Of a stretch of DNA of 64,000 nucleotides, positions 1-11,300 are shown piece by piece (the stretch's first letter is position 1; every line of letters begins with the position of its first letter). Source of the DNA: Dicyema japonicum (taxonomy: Eukaryota; Animalia; Dicyemida). The stretch lies in assembly GCA_011109175.1 (NCBI GenBank), contig RDEW01000009.1:702875-766874 (forward strand). The letters run 5' to 3'. The position numbers were made by a program, and so were the translations under genes. The notes beneath the pieces are model-generated. The model was not told where the DNA came from. It saw only the letters and a list, made by a program, of their open reading frames with translations, and did not search any database.

Positions 1-345
1 ACATTATATAAACTTGTTACCAAATGTGTTAATTCCAAACACTCAGATTTTGTGGATTCTTTTGGTCTATTATCTGACAATCAGCTGAGGACGAGGAAAC
101 ATTGTCAGGGCGCTAAAGAACAGGCCCTTATTAATGAATGCTAAAATAAGGAATATGGAAACGCCCTTTATTCTGCTTGGGTTGATGTGAAGAAGGCCTT
201 TGATTCTGTTGACCATGAATTTTTAATTCATGTATTGGACTGTTCAGGAAAACCTCGTTGGAATGTTAACTTTGTAGAGACCATAGTCAAGAAGTGGACT
301 GTAGATCTCTACTTAGATGGAAGAAGAATTGGTTCTGTAAACGTG
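1..345 (+). mobile_element. Non-LTR retrotransposon RT fragment (RLE-type, R4/Dong-like), runs off the window start
   Basis: Hand translation HCQGAKEQALINEC*NKEYGNALYSAWVDVKKAFDSVDHEFL contains the RT 'D..KAFDSV.H' motif and an in-frame stop. Confidence 0.75.
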
Positions 346-679
346 GGACGTGTATTTTCGCGTGCATGTGGTCTAGCTTCTGCGATGGGTCTGTCGCAAG
401 CTTCGACAAACGACGCTGAGTCTTTTCTGGGACCTCTACAGCCAGGATTTATTAGGCATGTGTTCTCAATTCGGTTAACCGACTGCTATACTGTTATGCT
501 GATTTTTCAGCCCGCATTTGTTGTGCATGTATCCTCAATTGCATTAAACGATCACTGTGTTGCTTCATAGTTTCATTTAATCGGGCATTTTTCATTGCAA
601 TTCTCATTTTTTGAGTGCGATCTGTAAAAATAATTTTCTTTTTCCAAAAGGCATCACAAAAAAATTAAATTAATAGCAT

Positions 680-1063
680 CTAATGCCGAGTATGAGTGGA
701 CAAACGAGCATTGAATCGCTGGAAGATGAGACTCCATCCACCCCGATGGATTCTCCTGAATCTCCTTTTCGCAGAGTTGACAACCGTTGAGATCCACTTG
801 ATCCTGTCACCTGATCGAATCTCAGTGATTAATGCTTTGAGGGACAGCAGATGAGTAGGAACATTTCCCATAGAAGATCGTATGCTAGTTCCATTGGCAT
901 CATGTAGTCCTGAAGACACACTTCTCACTTCTAATTGGTTTCTATCTTCAATATTCTCTGTAAGACAGCCTCCGGATTTGTTTGTAAACTGGTGAAAACA
1001 GATATACACACCAAAGTGTCGCGTCCCGCCCGGGTTACCCATCCAGTGCTGGTTACATTTCAC
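680..1063 (-). CDS. Hypothetical ORF, no recognised domain
   Basis: 127-aa ORF from the track only; no motif recognised. Confidence 0.2.
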   Translation of the reverse strand: MKCNQHWMGNPGGTRHFGVYICFHQFTNKSGGCLTENIEDRNQLEVRSVSSGLHDANGTSIRSSMGNVPTHLLSLKALITEIRSGDRIKWISTVVNSAKRRFRRIHRGGWSLIFQRFNARLSTHTRH

Positions 1064-1171
1064 CTGTCAATCGACATATCACCTGTCATTCAATCAATAT
1101 TAATTTGTTTCTAATAAAAAATCAAAGAATTTATTTTTTTAAGTCTATATTTTCTTGACTCTAATCATGTT

Positions 1172-1279
1172 GAATATTTTCAATTCTCCTGATCCTACCT
1201 TATTCTGTGATAAAAAAATTAAATAGAATATTTTCAATTCTCCTGATCCTGCCTTATTCTGTGATAAAAAAATTAAATA
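1172..1279. repeat. Tandem duplication, 54 bp x2
   Basis: gaatattttcaattctcctgatcct(a/g)ccttattctgtgataaaaaaattaaata twice, one mismatch. Confidence 0.95.
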
Positions 1280-1380
1280 AACCTCTAATCGGTTGTTTAC
1301 AAAAAAAGTAATTTTACTTGGCTCTTCATATGGAAATTCAAATTTCTAAATTCCAATAAATTAAAAATATACCTATTGCA

Positions 1381-1515
1381 GATTTACTTTACAAATAGCA
1401 TATTTGCTGTAAACATCAATGACAGTAAGAATCCATTTATAGCCAACATTTGAATTATTAAATTGTCTAACATCTATGAGGTCTGCCTGGAATCGTTCAT
1501 TAGGTCTATTGGCAG
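1381..1515 (-). mobile_element. rve integrase fragment (Ginger2/TDD- or Polinton-like)
   Basis: Minus frame reads ANRPNERFQADLIDVRQFNNSNVGYKWILTVIDVYSKYAICK, typical of the first catalytic Asp region. Confidence 0.65.
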
Positions 1516-1519
1516 TTTA

Positions 1520-1680
1520 AAGGAGTCTTCCGGACAAGCGCGCGTATAATATTCGACTTCTGCAGTTCTTTGGTGAGGACTGTCTTCGCATGTGAGTTAA
1601 AGTTCAATTGCCTATCGAACATTAGCCCAAGAATTGAAGGAGACCTTGTATTTGGACAGGACCAATAAAAATTCTTGGAT
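1520..1680 (-). mobile_element. APE-LINE RT C-terminal fragment
   Basis: FLG.MFDRQLNFNSHAKTV resembles the LGVKYDSLLNFNSHAK segment at ~26.9 kb. Confidence 0.5.
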
Positions 1681-1974
1681 CTTCTTTAGAACGACGGTCT
1701 GAAGTGAAAAGTGCACATATTCGGCAAAAAATCCATTAGTTGTAGAAGAGCAGATGTGTTTAGAAGGAATAAAATTTCAATGTTTTCAAAATATTTCGTT
1801 AAAACGTGGCTTGAAGAACTTTTTTCCATAACATTTTAATTCATCGCTAAGATGAATGATGATAACATTAAAAAGTTCTGTTGTAATGTAAATTCATCTA
1901 CATTTTCAATAATTTCCCTTGCGCCTACGACGCTGGAATTCTTGAGTCGTCTAGGGAATCGGATTGCGGATTAT

Positions 1975-2096
1975 GAAGTTTCGGTTAATTGAAGCCTGTT
2001 AGTATGGAAACTTCGTAAAATTTTGCTGACTCATCAAAAAATTCGGATTATTGAAGAATTCGGATTATTGAAGTTCGGATTAATGAGGGTTTACTG
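1975..2096. mobile_element. pogo/Tigger-type terminal remnant
   Basis: Repeated ttcggatta(t)tgaag subterminal motifs ending gagggtttactg followed by TA (reverse complement TA-CAGTAAACCCTC); partner end not found. Confidence 0.6.
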
Positions 2097-2183
2097 TATA
2101 TCTGTTTCACTCACTTTTTCGGAAATGTTTTAATTTGTTCAAAACTTTTTATTAAATTAAAATCTAAAAAGACTCTGAACCGC

Positions 2184-3500
2184 TTGTGTCTACTTGACAT
2201 GTATACGTCATTATTCCTTCTGAAAAACAGTCTCAACGTACAGAAGCTTGCATATGTCATGAGGACTGCTCCCTATTTAGCCCTGTGTGACCAACTCGCA
2301 CAGATTAACGGGATCTTCCGTACGACAACAGAGCATATCTTCAACGTCCGCGTGGCGCCATGTGGTGCTGCGTAGTTAATCGGTTGAAGTTTTCTGCTTG
2401 CTTGTCTCTTCCTCTTCTCTCTTCCTATTAGATGGCGTCATGTGATCCACCTGTCTAGGTGACGCCCAGTGCCAGACCGGCACGAAAAAGGATCATTTGC
2501 TCTCCCCCACTCCATTGTATGGGTTTTCACAACTTCATGTAATGGACGTCTTACTTTTTATGCTGATTCCGGATGGACTCTGTTTCTGTAGAAGTGGAAA
2601 CTGGATACACTTAATTAGTGTTTACTTTAACTTCTTTCTCGGTGTATCCGGGGTTAATAAATAAATAAAATAAATAAACGTCCGGTTCGAGGATTACTCG
2701 TGGAATCAAGCCACGCTGCCTGTGAGACTCGGAGGGCTTGGAATCGCAACTCAGTAGACCATTCTCTCCCTGCATACCCTTGTCAAGAGGATTTTACATT
2801 CCCCGCTGAATTCTCTATTGACAAAAACGCCGGCCATGCTCGTGAGGCTTGGAGCCGTGCTTATCAGCTTTCCCTGCCTTCCTCGTTCTCTCAGCGGTGC
2901 CTGGACAATGCTATATACTGTGTTCCACATACGTGCCGAAGCGGAGACCAGATCGATTGTTTTGGCTTACACCCTCTCTCCTGCGAGAAGAGTGCAGGAA
3001 GATTTCCCAGACACATGGCTTTGAATAAAGTCGTTAGGAAAGCTTTGGACGCCATCGAACACCCCTCCATGCTCGAACGTGTCGATTTTTGCAGGCGGGA
3101 CGGGAAACGACCAGATGGGATGGCAATCTTCCCTTTTGAAGCCGGGAAACCTCTTTTCTGGGACGTCACCTGCACCGACACGTTTGCCTCTTGCAACCTA
3201 CTCCAGGGTGCCTCTGGAGCTTGTTCTGCTGATGAGAGGACCGATAGGTTGAAACTGGCAAAGTACACGGTCCTAATCAATGATTTTTTGTTTGTCCTAC
3301 TTGGTGTTGAGACGTCTGGTTCCCTTGCCCCTGCGACGCTGGAATTCTTGAGTCGTCTAGAGAATCGAATCGTTATACGATCAGGAGACCCTTGTGAGCG
3401 AAGCTTGTTATTTGAGCGAATCTCGCTCGCCATCCTGAGAGGGAATAGCCACGCAATCAGGGCTCCCGCTTTATGACCATTTACTCTCTTTTCTTTACTA
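2184..3500 (+). mobile_element. CRE-clade retrotransposon 3' fragments (RLE domain), interrupted by a LINE 3'-UTR copy
   Basis: ORF 2700-3476 has HPLSCEKSAGRFPRH, DGKRPDG, WDVTC and GVETSG; 2184-2375 has LKNSLNVQKLAYVMRTAP; a small duplicate of the 3' part lies at ~1915-1970. Confidence 0.85.
2390..2678 (+). repeat. Dispersed LINE 3'-UTR repeat ending CCGGGGTT(AAAT)n
   Basis: Homologous to minus-strand copies at ~10310-10560, 48400-48545, 48680-48915, 51560-51700, 51760-52050, 53540-53760 and a partial plus copy at 23100-23280. Confidence 0.8.
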
Positions 3501-3699
3501 AATAAAATTAAAATCTTATGAATTTGATGATATTGACCGTCAAAAACGGCAACTGCTCACGACCCTCAGGTTACAACTCAAGCCTGCAAATAAATAAAGG
3601 TTATATTTAAACAGGATGACTTTTGGGAGAGTACTTCAGTCAATTTCAAAGGAACTGATGATCTTCCAGTTCCATAAAAAATCTGGAAAAACAGTCAGC

Positions 3700-5600
3700 T
3701 ATATGTTTGTGGAGGTCGGGGATTCTGAGAATAATTAAATCAAGGAAATGGCTACAATCGCAGGATTTCTTGTCTCTAAATATGGAATTGCCGACAAGGA
3801 CAACATGGATTGTCGTCACTCGTCAAGTAATTCCCTTAATGATTAGTTTAAGGACTGAACGTGTTAAAAGGTCATATTTATTATTAAAATAATTAATATT
3901 CGTTATCACTAAGTAAAAGCAATTGGTCGATCACCAAAATCAGATGAATCTTCATTTTTCTTAGTAAAGGATAAATTATCATCGTCTGAAAATTCTCCCT
4001 TCGATATCCTCAAATTTAGAGAAGTAGTATTTCCGTAGTTAAATGAGTCATCGGACATTTTATCAAACTTAGAATCTGAGCCTATCATAGTTACAATTTC
4101 ATGGTAGTCCGGCACACCACATAAGACTACAAATAGTAAAAAATCATACTTGGAACCAAAAATAGCAGATTTCCAGGTTTAATATTAGATTCCTGTATAG
4201 TTCCACTTTTTGGGAGTTGAACTCCGTTGAAAATAAGTCTATTTCTGGACGAAGATATTTCTACGTTGAGAGACATCCGCAGTCTTAGTTTGTGAGTAAT
4301 GAGGCACAGTGGCATGGCAATGTCCAAGCAAGAAATTAGACGGCAAATGTTGCTTCGAGTACGAACGTAAACGTGTATTAATTCATTCCGACAACTCTCT
4401 TCTGATTTATTATAAAGTCGAAGTATTGACCCGGTTCCAAGTTCCTCCACGCGTAGAAAAAACAGCAGAGATTCCGAAAAGGTCTTCAGATCCTCCTAAA
4501 AGTCAATAATTTTGGAAAAACCCATTTAGAATTTAAAATGAGGCGGCCGTCCTTAGTATAAGGCAAAGGGAAGTTAGATCTTCGATGAGTTTGGAAAACT
4601 GAAGGAATGGAAGAAGCTTTCGTATATCAAAGTATCATCGATTCCTATAATTTGGAAGGATTTGCTTGGAATTAAGCATAGTCGGTATTTTCTTTCCTCA
4701 TTCTCGAAAAATCCGAATTCACTAAGTTTGTTAGTAAAAAACTTACTATAGTTGTTTGTCGTCGTCTTTGATGGAAAAGACTGTTTCAATCCCCTGATTG
4801 GCTTGAAGTCTGGGAGTAGGAAAAGTTGTATGAAGGATGTCAAAATTAGCAGTATCGACAATATGATTGGATAATCGAAGGTAATGAACAATCGATGCCC
4901 TGAGTTCTCGCACTGTGCTTATGTCAGTCAAATCATCAACGTTGAAAGTAACCCCCTGACAACCAGGAAGGTAGCTTTTGACCATGAACTGTTAACTTTT
5001 AAAAGATTTCCTTACTTTAAGGGACAACATTTCTTCAAGGGATGGAGCAAAGGAGCATTTAATTTGTCCGTCTATAGATGATGTCGGACTAATCGGCATT
5101 CCAGAGGAGATCGTTCGACAACTCCTCCCTTTTAAGATAAGTCGTTCTAAAAAAGTAACATATTGGATAAGATAAATTGTCAGTTTAGTGTCACATAGCA
5201 ACAAACCATCCATAAAAAGTATGCTAATACGGCCAACCACTATACACGCTCGATAGAAGCGGGGAATTGATTTTTTACATGATTTACAGCCATTATTGAC
5301 AGTTTGAACAATGCATTAATATAAATGCCCAGCATTTGATCGATTAACTAATAAATACTTGAATAATGAGGACCAATCTTGAGTTCAGCTGAACAATCTT
5401 GAGAATTTTTGTTAATAAGCTTCAAGGTATGCGGGCCCTTTTTTGAGATAACTGCATTTTCATTTACAACTTCGACTTCTTTAGAGTCTTCTGTGATTTG
5501 CATGTAATATCCATTGTCGTGAACTGAGGTTACATTAATATTATTATTCAGGACAAACATCTTAACTTTGAATAACTTTTAAACAGTCGAACTATCAGGT
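3700..5600 (-). CDS. Multi-exon orphan gene with at least one ubiquitin-like domain
   Basis: Consecutive minus ORFs; NRLIFNGVQLPKSGTIQESNIKPGNLLFLV aligns by eye with ubiquitin [30 protein letters not shown]. Exon boundaries not resolved. Confidence 0.55.
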
Positions 5601-6254
5601 TTATTTCATTACTAACGTATACGAGACTTTTAACGTCAATATTTTGCGTTGGGTGATTGCGGTTTAAAATTCAAGAACCACAGATATTTCTAAGTTAGAA
5701 TCAAAACTCAGTTTAGCAGTGAAGACTACATTTATTATGGTGGTCTCTTATACTCTGAAATTGATGACGTAAATCTTCTATGACGAAATTAAGTTAAATG
5801 CCAAAAATAAAGTACATACAGTAATTTATCGCATTATTAATATGCACTAAATGAACTATGAAACAGTGCAATCTGCAATTATGAATAAAAATTAGACAAA
5901 TTTTAATTTTTGCTGTTAATTTTGTAATGAAAGTTTCCGCCAACGGACGCAACCTAAGAAATCGCCAAATTTGGAATGAAAATCAGAAGAATCTGTTGTT
6001 TATTAAGTCTAAAAATTATTTTTTCGATTATTATTGAATCTACGCATTTTTATAATTAGCCTATTGGTACGAATTCACATAAAAATTGATTTTTAGAATT
6101 TTAAAGTTTTTCGCAATTCAAGCATAAATAAAGGTAAGAATGATATACACCATTCTAGCAGTAAATCAAATATAACCAATATTTTGAATGACGTTAGTTA
6201 AAAGTACATTTACCACTATAATGAAAAATGATAACATAAGAATTTAGGTGAACA

Positions 6255-6470
6255 ATGTATAAATATAAACGCGGCAGACAAGGTGGAGGTCGGGAAAATC
6301 AGAAATATGGATCACTTAACGATAACTACCATTTCAATCCTATTTTGATGGAGACTTTCGAGGTCAAGGGAGAAAAGACGGACACATTTCTCTCCAGAGA
6401 TGCGAGCCCCTGGTTGAGACAAAATGGCGGTGACCAGAGTGAACGCCTTCGTAATCCTAGCCTATTAACT
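6255..6470 (+). mobile_element. CRE RLE C-terminal fragment
   Basis: NYHFNPILMETF parallels YRFVPVAIETSG of the other CRE copies. Confidence 0.5.
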
Positions 6471-7488
6471 AAAAGACTTCAGTTGTTTTCTTTTTTTAAA
6501 TAAATATTCCAGTTTTAGAATTTAAGTTTTATTAATTTTTCTGACATCTTATACTGAGTATTCGTGAAATTATCAGTTTTTAGTCTCAGCTTTGGGTATT
6601 AAAATTTAAGAATTCAATTTATTTCGTTATTTTAAAAATTATAAAATTTCGAAAATCATTAAGTACTTCACTTAGTATCATGATTGATTTTTTATTTAAG
6701 TGGATAACAATAATCCTTCATTAAGTTTATCAGAAATATTGTTGAGTTCATTCTTTCTGAAGCCTGCTTTCATTAAGAATCACCCAAACTAAATTAAAAA
6801 GAAAACGTGTTCTTATGGTGCTTACTCTAGCGAAGAATTATTCGAGAAAGAAGTTGTCGAACGAATGTGGCTCATGTACACGCTATTCTGCATAAATCTA
6901 AGGTAACGAGGAATGGTAGGAAGTTTAGAAGTTGAGATGGATGTGAGTTTGTTGCTGGTTAAATCATCTCCGGGTGTAGAGTGCCATTTTCTTTTCCACA
7001 TTATATCGGAACTCCGGAAGAGTTTCTAATTACAGCTTCGAACATTCGATGCAGGAGATCATCCCTATTATGATCCCTAATGCCTCCCGTCATGTTTTTG
7101 CCTCTGCTCCCCCGTCCTGTGTTTGAAAAAGTTATTCTCAATAGCTCAAAAAGAGATTGATGATGTTTTTCTTCAAGTACCCTTGCTGGGTCTACAAACG
7201 AAGTCTACTCTTCCTTTGTAAAAACCGCCTTTGTCAAGCCTAATGAAAGCACTTTTTACTACCTTTATGGAACCTTGGTAGGCATTAGCCGCAAAATTAT
7301 TTCTATTCTTAGGTACTCACTAATTCCTATTATCAAACAGTCGTCCTCGAAGCCTGAAAGGTCTCTTTTACGCGTTAGAAAAGATTTGAAAGAAGAGGAT
7401 CTGACTGCCGCAGTACTGACTGTGTGTATCTATTCTAACCCAATGAATTGCTCTCCAGAGACAGTTTTTTTCTGACAGTAAATATATC

Positions 7489-7980
7489 CTACTTGCCTGA
7501 AAAAAAACATCGAAAATTTATCCTTTTGTCATAATCGAATTCCCCCCTCCCCCTTCGCTTTTTGGCATTGTCTTTGATATTATAATTATAGACCTCTGAT
7601 CTCTGAAATAAAGGAATCTTTGGGTGACAAAAGATCCATTCTGATTTTTCTGGACAGCCACGTTGGATTTTTATGCTCAAAAACTTCCTCTTATTTGCTA
7701 AAATTCTTTTCAACCTCCGAAGTTCCTTTTTTATGATTAATAAGATCTTCTATCTCTTCTCGACGGTGTAATTACGTCATCCGTTGGAGTGATTTTAATA
7801 TAAATTTCGATGATTCTGGATGGCTTCAGGTAACTATTCCTTTTGTTTTAGATGGGATGGGTCTTTTTATACCTTCGGACGCTACATTGAATGCATAATT
7901 GTCCTCTTTCTGTTCGTCAAAGAATTCGGTAGGTACTGAACGAAAATTTCGCAGTGGACGCTGAATCAATCCTTATGGTT
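7489..7980 (-). CDS. Possible orphan coding region
   Basis: Stop-poor minus-strand stretches broken by stops or micro-introns; no domain recognised. Confidence 0.2.
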
Positions 7981-7984
7981 ATCA

Positions 7985-8310
7985 TCCCCTGTTATGCAAG
8001 TTGAGTGAAGGCCGTTTCCCAAGGCGTGCCCGCTAAAAATTTGTTTTTTTTGCCAGCCATCATTGCCTTTTGGAGCTCATTGGTCTCTCCCGGAGCGATG
8101 ACAAAATCGAATCTGCCCTTTCGTCTGAATTCAAAGACGCTCCTCTATGATCATACATTTTGATTCATGGTTTTCAGGGATGTCATGAAAGCAATGGAGG
8201 TACCAAGTTTGTCTAGTTTCTTGAGAGATTATTACTATACTTAGCCAAAATCACCATAATATAAGCAAATTCTGGGGGAAGGCCATTAGGTGATCCCAAA
8301 CCTTTTCAGT
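7985..8310. mobile_element. Degenerate CRE fragments
   Basis: Plus strand HPLLCKLSEGRFPRR matches the HPLSC..SAGR.PRH motif of CRE copies. Confidence 0.5.
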
Positions 8311-8949
8311 ATCGACATTAACTTTTCCCGGTGTTTCTCTCGGAAACCAAAGCATGTATGCCCGTTTATGGGCGATTTTTCACGATTTTTCAAATCAGGA
8401 AGATATTCAAGTATAGATTGGATTCAAAATCCAAAATACCAAACAAAAATGGTGGTGGTATAAAAATGATATTTTTTTATCATCAAACTGGCGTTATGAG
8501 ACACATTGGAATGGTCCTCGATTTAGTAGAGACTGAAAATTAACTTTCTCAAAAAATAGTTACCATACCATGGTTTTAAAATTATTTTATTTTTTTCAAT
8601 ATCAATAATATTGATTTGAATTAATAATGAAGATTAACCAAAATTAAAGCCACTTAAAATTGTCTTATTTGGAGTGCTTCCCTTTTTGGTATTTTGAAAA
8701 TTTAGCTGTAACATAGATCAATTAGTAGGATGGAAAAAATTTACACCCCAAAATGTTAGCTTCATAAAATCATGCTTAGTAAGAGTATGAATTAATTCTA
8801 AATTTCTTTTAAATAAACGTTGGGTTGATAAATCATAAATTGGCAGTGAATGAGATAAAACCTTACACGGGAGTTAACAAACTGCGAGTGAAGCTACCAA
8901 CGTGCTATTAGTCAAATAATATAGAACGCCTTTCAAAATATTATCACGA

Positions 8950-9590
8950 TAATGAAATTAATAAAAAAGTGAATATTATTAATAAACTCTCCCAGAAAAT
9001 CATAAATTAATAAAGTTTTCCTCGTGCGACGTTCATATCCTATTAAACATTTTCTTCCGAGCTGATTCCATATTTAATTTGTAGCCTCTCACTATTGCAA
9101 CAGAGATCAACTGGAGTAGCCACCGGTCTCACGTGCGTCGTGGCTTTTTAGTGTAGCTAAAGCTTCCAAGTTTCTTTAGGAAGCGAAGCGATTTTCCACT
9201 TATTCCTGATTTACTGGGGATAAATTAACTGATTTTTATATGGTTTAATTTTAATTTGTAGCCCAGCAATTCTATCCGAGACGGACCTTACCCGGGATAT
9301 GTGATCTTGCATTTTGCGATGGATTCCAACTCCAAGTCCATAGTGACGACGGGTTGTTGGGAGGGTAATCAGGCACTAAATTCCAATTTGCAATGTCTTG
9401 TAGTCTAGTATTTTCATCTCCTGTAGGCAACATATGGATAGCTTGTATCGCTCCAGGTCTCGTGCGAGCTAAAGTTTTTTGTACATAGGATTGAGCTCTC
9501 AGATATTTAGGGTGTCAAGATAGAACGGGCTGATAGATATTAAACGTGAAAAGAAATTGTGCAAGAGAGGCACGTCACCACCTCAACCAA
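8950..9590 (-). mobile_element. RTE retrotransposon 5' fragment (APE endonuclease)
   Basis: Begins TTGGTTGAGGTGGTGAC; encodes DLERYKLSICCLQEMK, similar to DLTKYEVSVCCLLETK of the 25 kb element. Confidence 0.7.
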
Positions 9591-9627
9591 GAAATGAATA
9601 TATCGTTTTAAATGTATAAGCAATTAG

Positions 9628-9900
9628 TTACAATTTATTATGGTTGTAATAAGTCACGATGGAAGCAATTAGTATAGCAATGTTGATTCCTAGTATTATT
9701 TGAATTGTCTTAGATTTTTCAAATATTTCTAAATTCATTGAATAAATTGTCCCGTTATTTGATGACGCCGTAGTTTTGTGGCTTAATCGACACCATATTT
9801 TCTGGAAAGGACTACTACATCTGTAATAAGGAATAATATTCACACCGACAAATATTCTTAGTACAATTATTTGAACAACTTTTAGCCATTTTTTCAGAAC
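9628..9900 (-). CDS. Small orphan membrane protein (C-terminal hydrophobic helix)
   Basis: ORF ends IQIILGINIAILIASIVTYYNHNKL*; start uncertain. Confidence 0.35.
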   Translation of the reverse strand, partial: VLKKWLKVVQIIVLRIFVGVNIIPYYRCSSPFQKIWCRLSHKTTASSNNGTIYSMNLEIFEKSKTIQIILGINIAILIASIVTYYNHNKL

Positions 9901-10304
9901 AAGAAAATATTTTTACATTGTTTAGATTATTTCCAATCTAAATAGTTTATAATTCATCCTTACTTACCCTAGTTGTATATTCACTACTATTTTTAATCTG
10001 ATCGGCTTTAACTATGAACAGAGTTATGAAATGTACTGCTACAAGTCGCATAATAAAAAAATGGAGTTATTTTGCTTAAATATGATTAAATCTCATGAGA
10101 ATACATTGATTAATTGATAAATATGATTTGGTTGGAAGGCCTGGCTCACCTGAATTTTTTTCATTCCGACTATGCCGGTGTTTTTCTGGTTCAATAAATT
10201 TACTTTAAATTTAAAAAGCAGGTGATTCAACATGCATTAAGTTAAATTAGCGGCTTTGGATAATCTCTGTGGCTATGTTCCATTAAAGCAGACTCAGAGA
10301 TCCA

Positions 10305-11070
10305 CTAATTTATTTATTTAATAACCCCGGATATATCGGAAAAGGTATATCCATTTCCCACGGTAGCAGTAAGACACATCTATTTCCAAGTATCAGGTCC
10401 ATCCATGTTCGCCATTGTTGGTAACCTCTCTACTGAAGTAGGAGGTAGATGAATACTTTTGGGCTAGGCACTGGGGTCTCCTGAGACAGATGGATTACAT
10501 GACGCCTCTTGAAGAAGTCACAAATTAGAAAAGAATCCATCGACCAAGTAGATAGTGGTTACCAATTGAACTCAAGTAAAAACGATGACTTCTAAAATTT
10601 CTTACTGAGGGGATTTATGGTAGAATGTTAGTAGAAAAAAAACAAAGAAATTTCGAGCCTAACATTCCCTCCAAACCACCATTCATATTCAAAACAGATA
10701 TGAAGTAATAGAGTCGTTCCGATTCAAATTCCGCTACCGTCAAATTGTGATCAAAGGAGGTTTATGGAAAGCACTTGAAATTTTTTGGATGAGATTCTGA
10801 GGTCTCTGAAGTCCACCGATAGTCCCGGAGAGGAGAAAACTTCTTGTAGAATCAATGATAATTCGTCCGGTGGAGGGAGCCAAAATCCCGATTCGTCTCT
10901 TAGGAGGAGGAAGTGCCCAGAATTTAAGTGTTCTAGGGTCCTCTTTGTTTCTCTGTCGATTGTATTCTCCGAGTCATCCACCAGTGGGGGAGGACCATAA
11001 ATTAGATCGTTCCAAACCAGTCTTCAGATAGTAGAGATGCGGTCACATATTGCCTTTGACTTGGTTTTAT
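10305..11070 (-). mobile_element. APE-LINE (I/Ingi-group) 3' fragment with 3'-UTR and tail
   Basis: Degenerate LIYGPPHWW..RIQS C-terminal motif, then the shared UTR motif and tail CCGGGGTTATTAAATAAATAAA. Confidence 0.65.
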
Positions 11071-11300
11071 CGGGAGATGGCTGTGAAATTTTTACCAATT
11101 GTCGATTTTATTAGTCGTTGATCATTCATTTAGCCGTCAAAGTTAAAGGTGTTAATAAATATTTAAAATAATATAATTAGTAATTTTAATAAAAATTTAA
11201 ATCAAGAATCCAAGCACATTGAATTTTCTATCCTTGGTATGCATAGTTTCAAATCACATGCTAATTAAAAATATTAGAGTTTTACTAAAGATTTAGAAAA

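Noticed and set aside
8318-8877. TTAA-flanked piggyBac-like MITE
   Set aside because: The ends (ttaacttttcccggtg / cacgggagttaa) match too weakly and there is no second copy.
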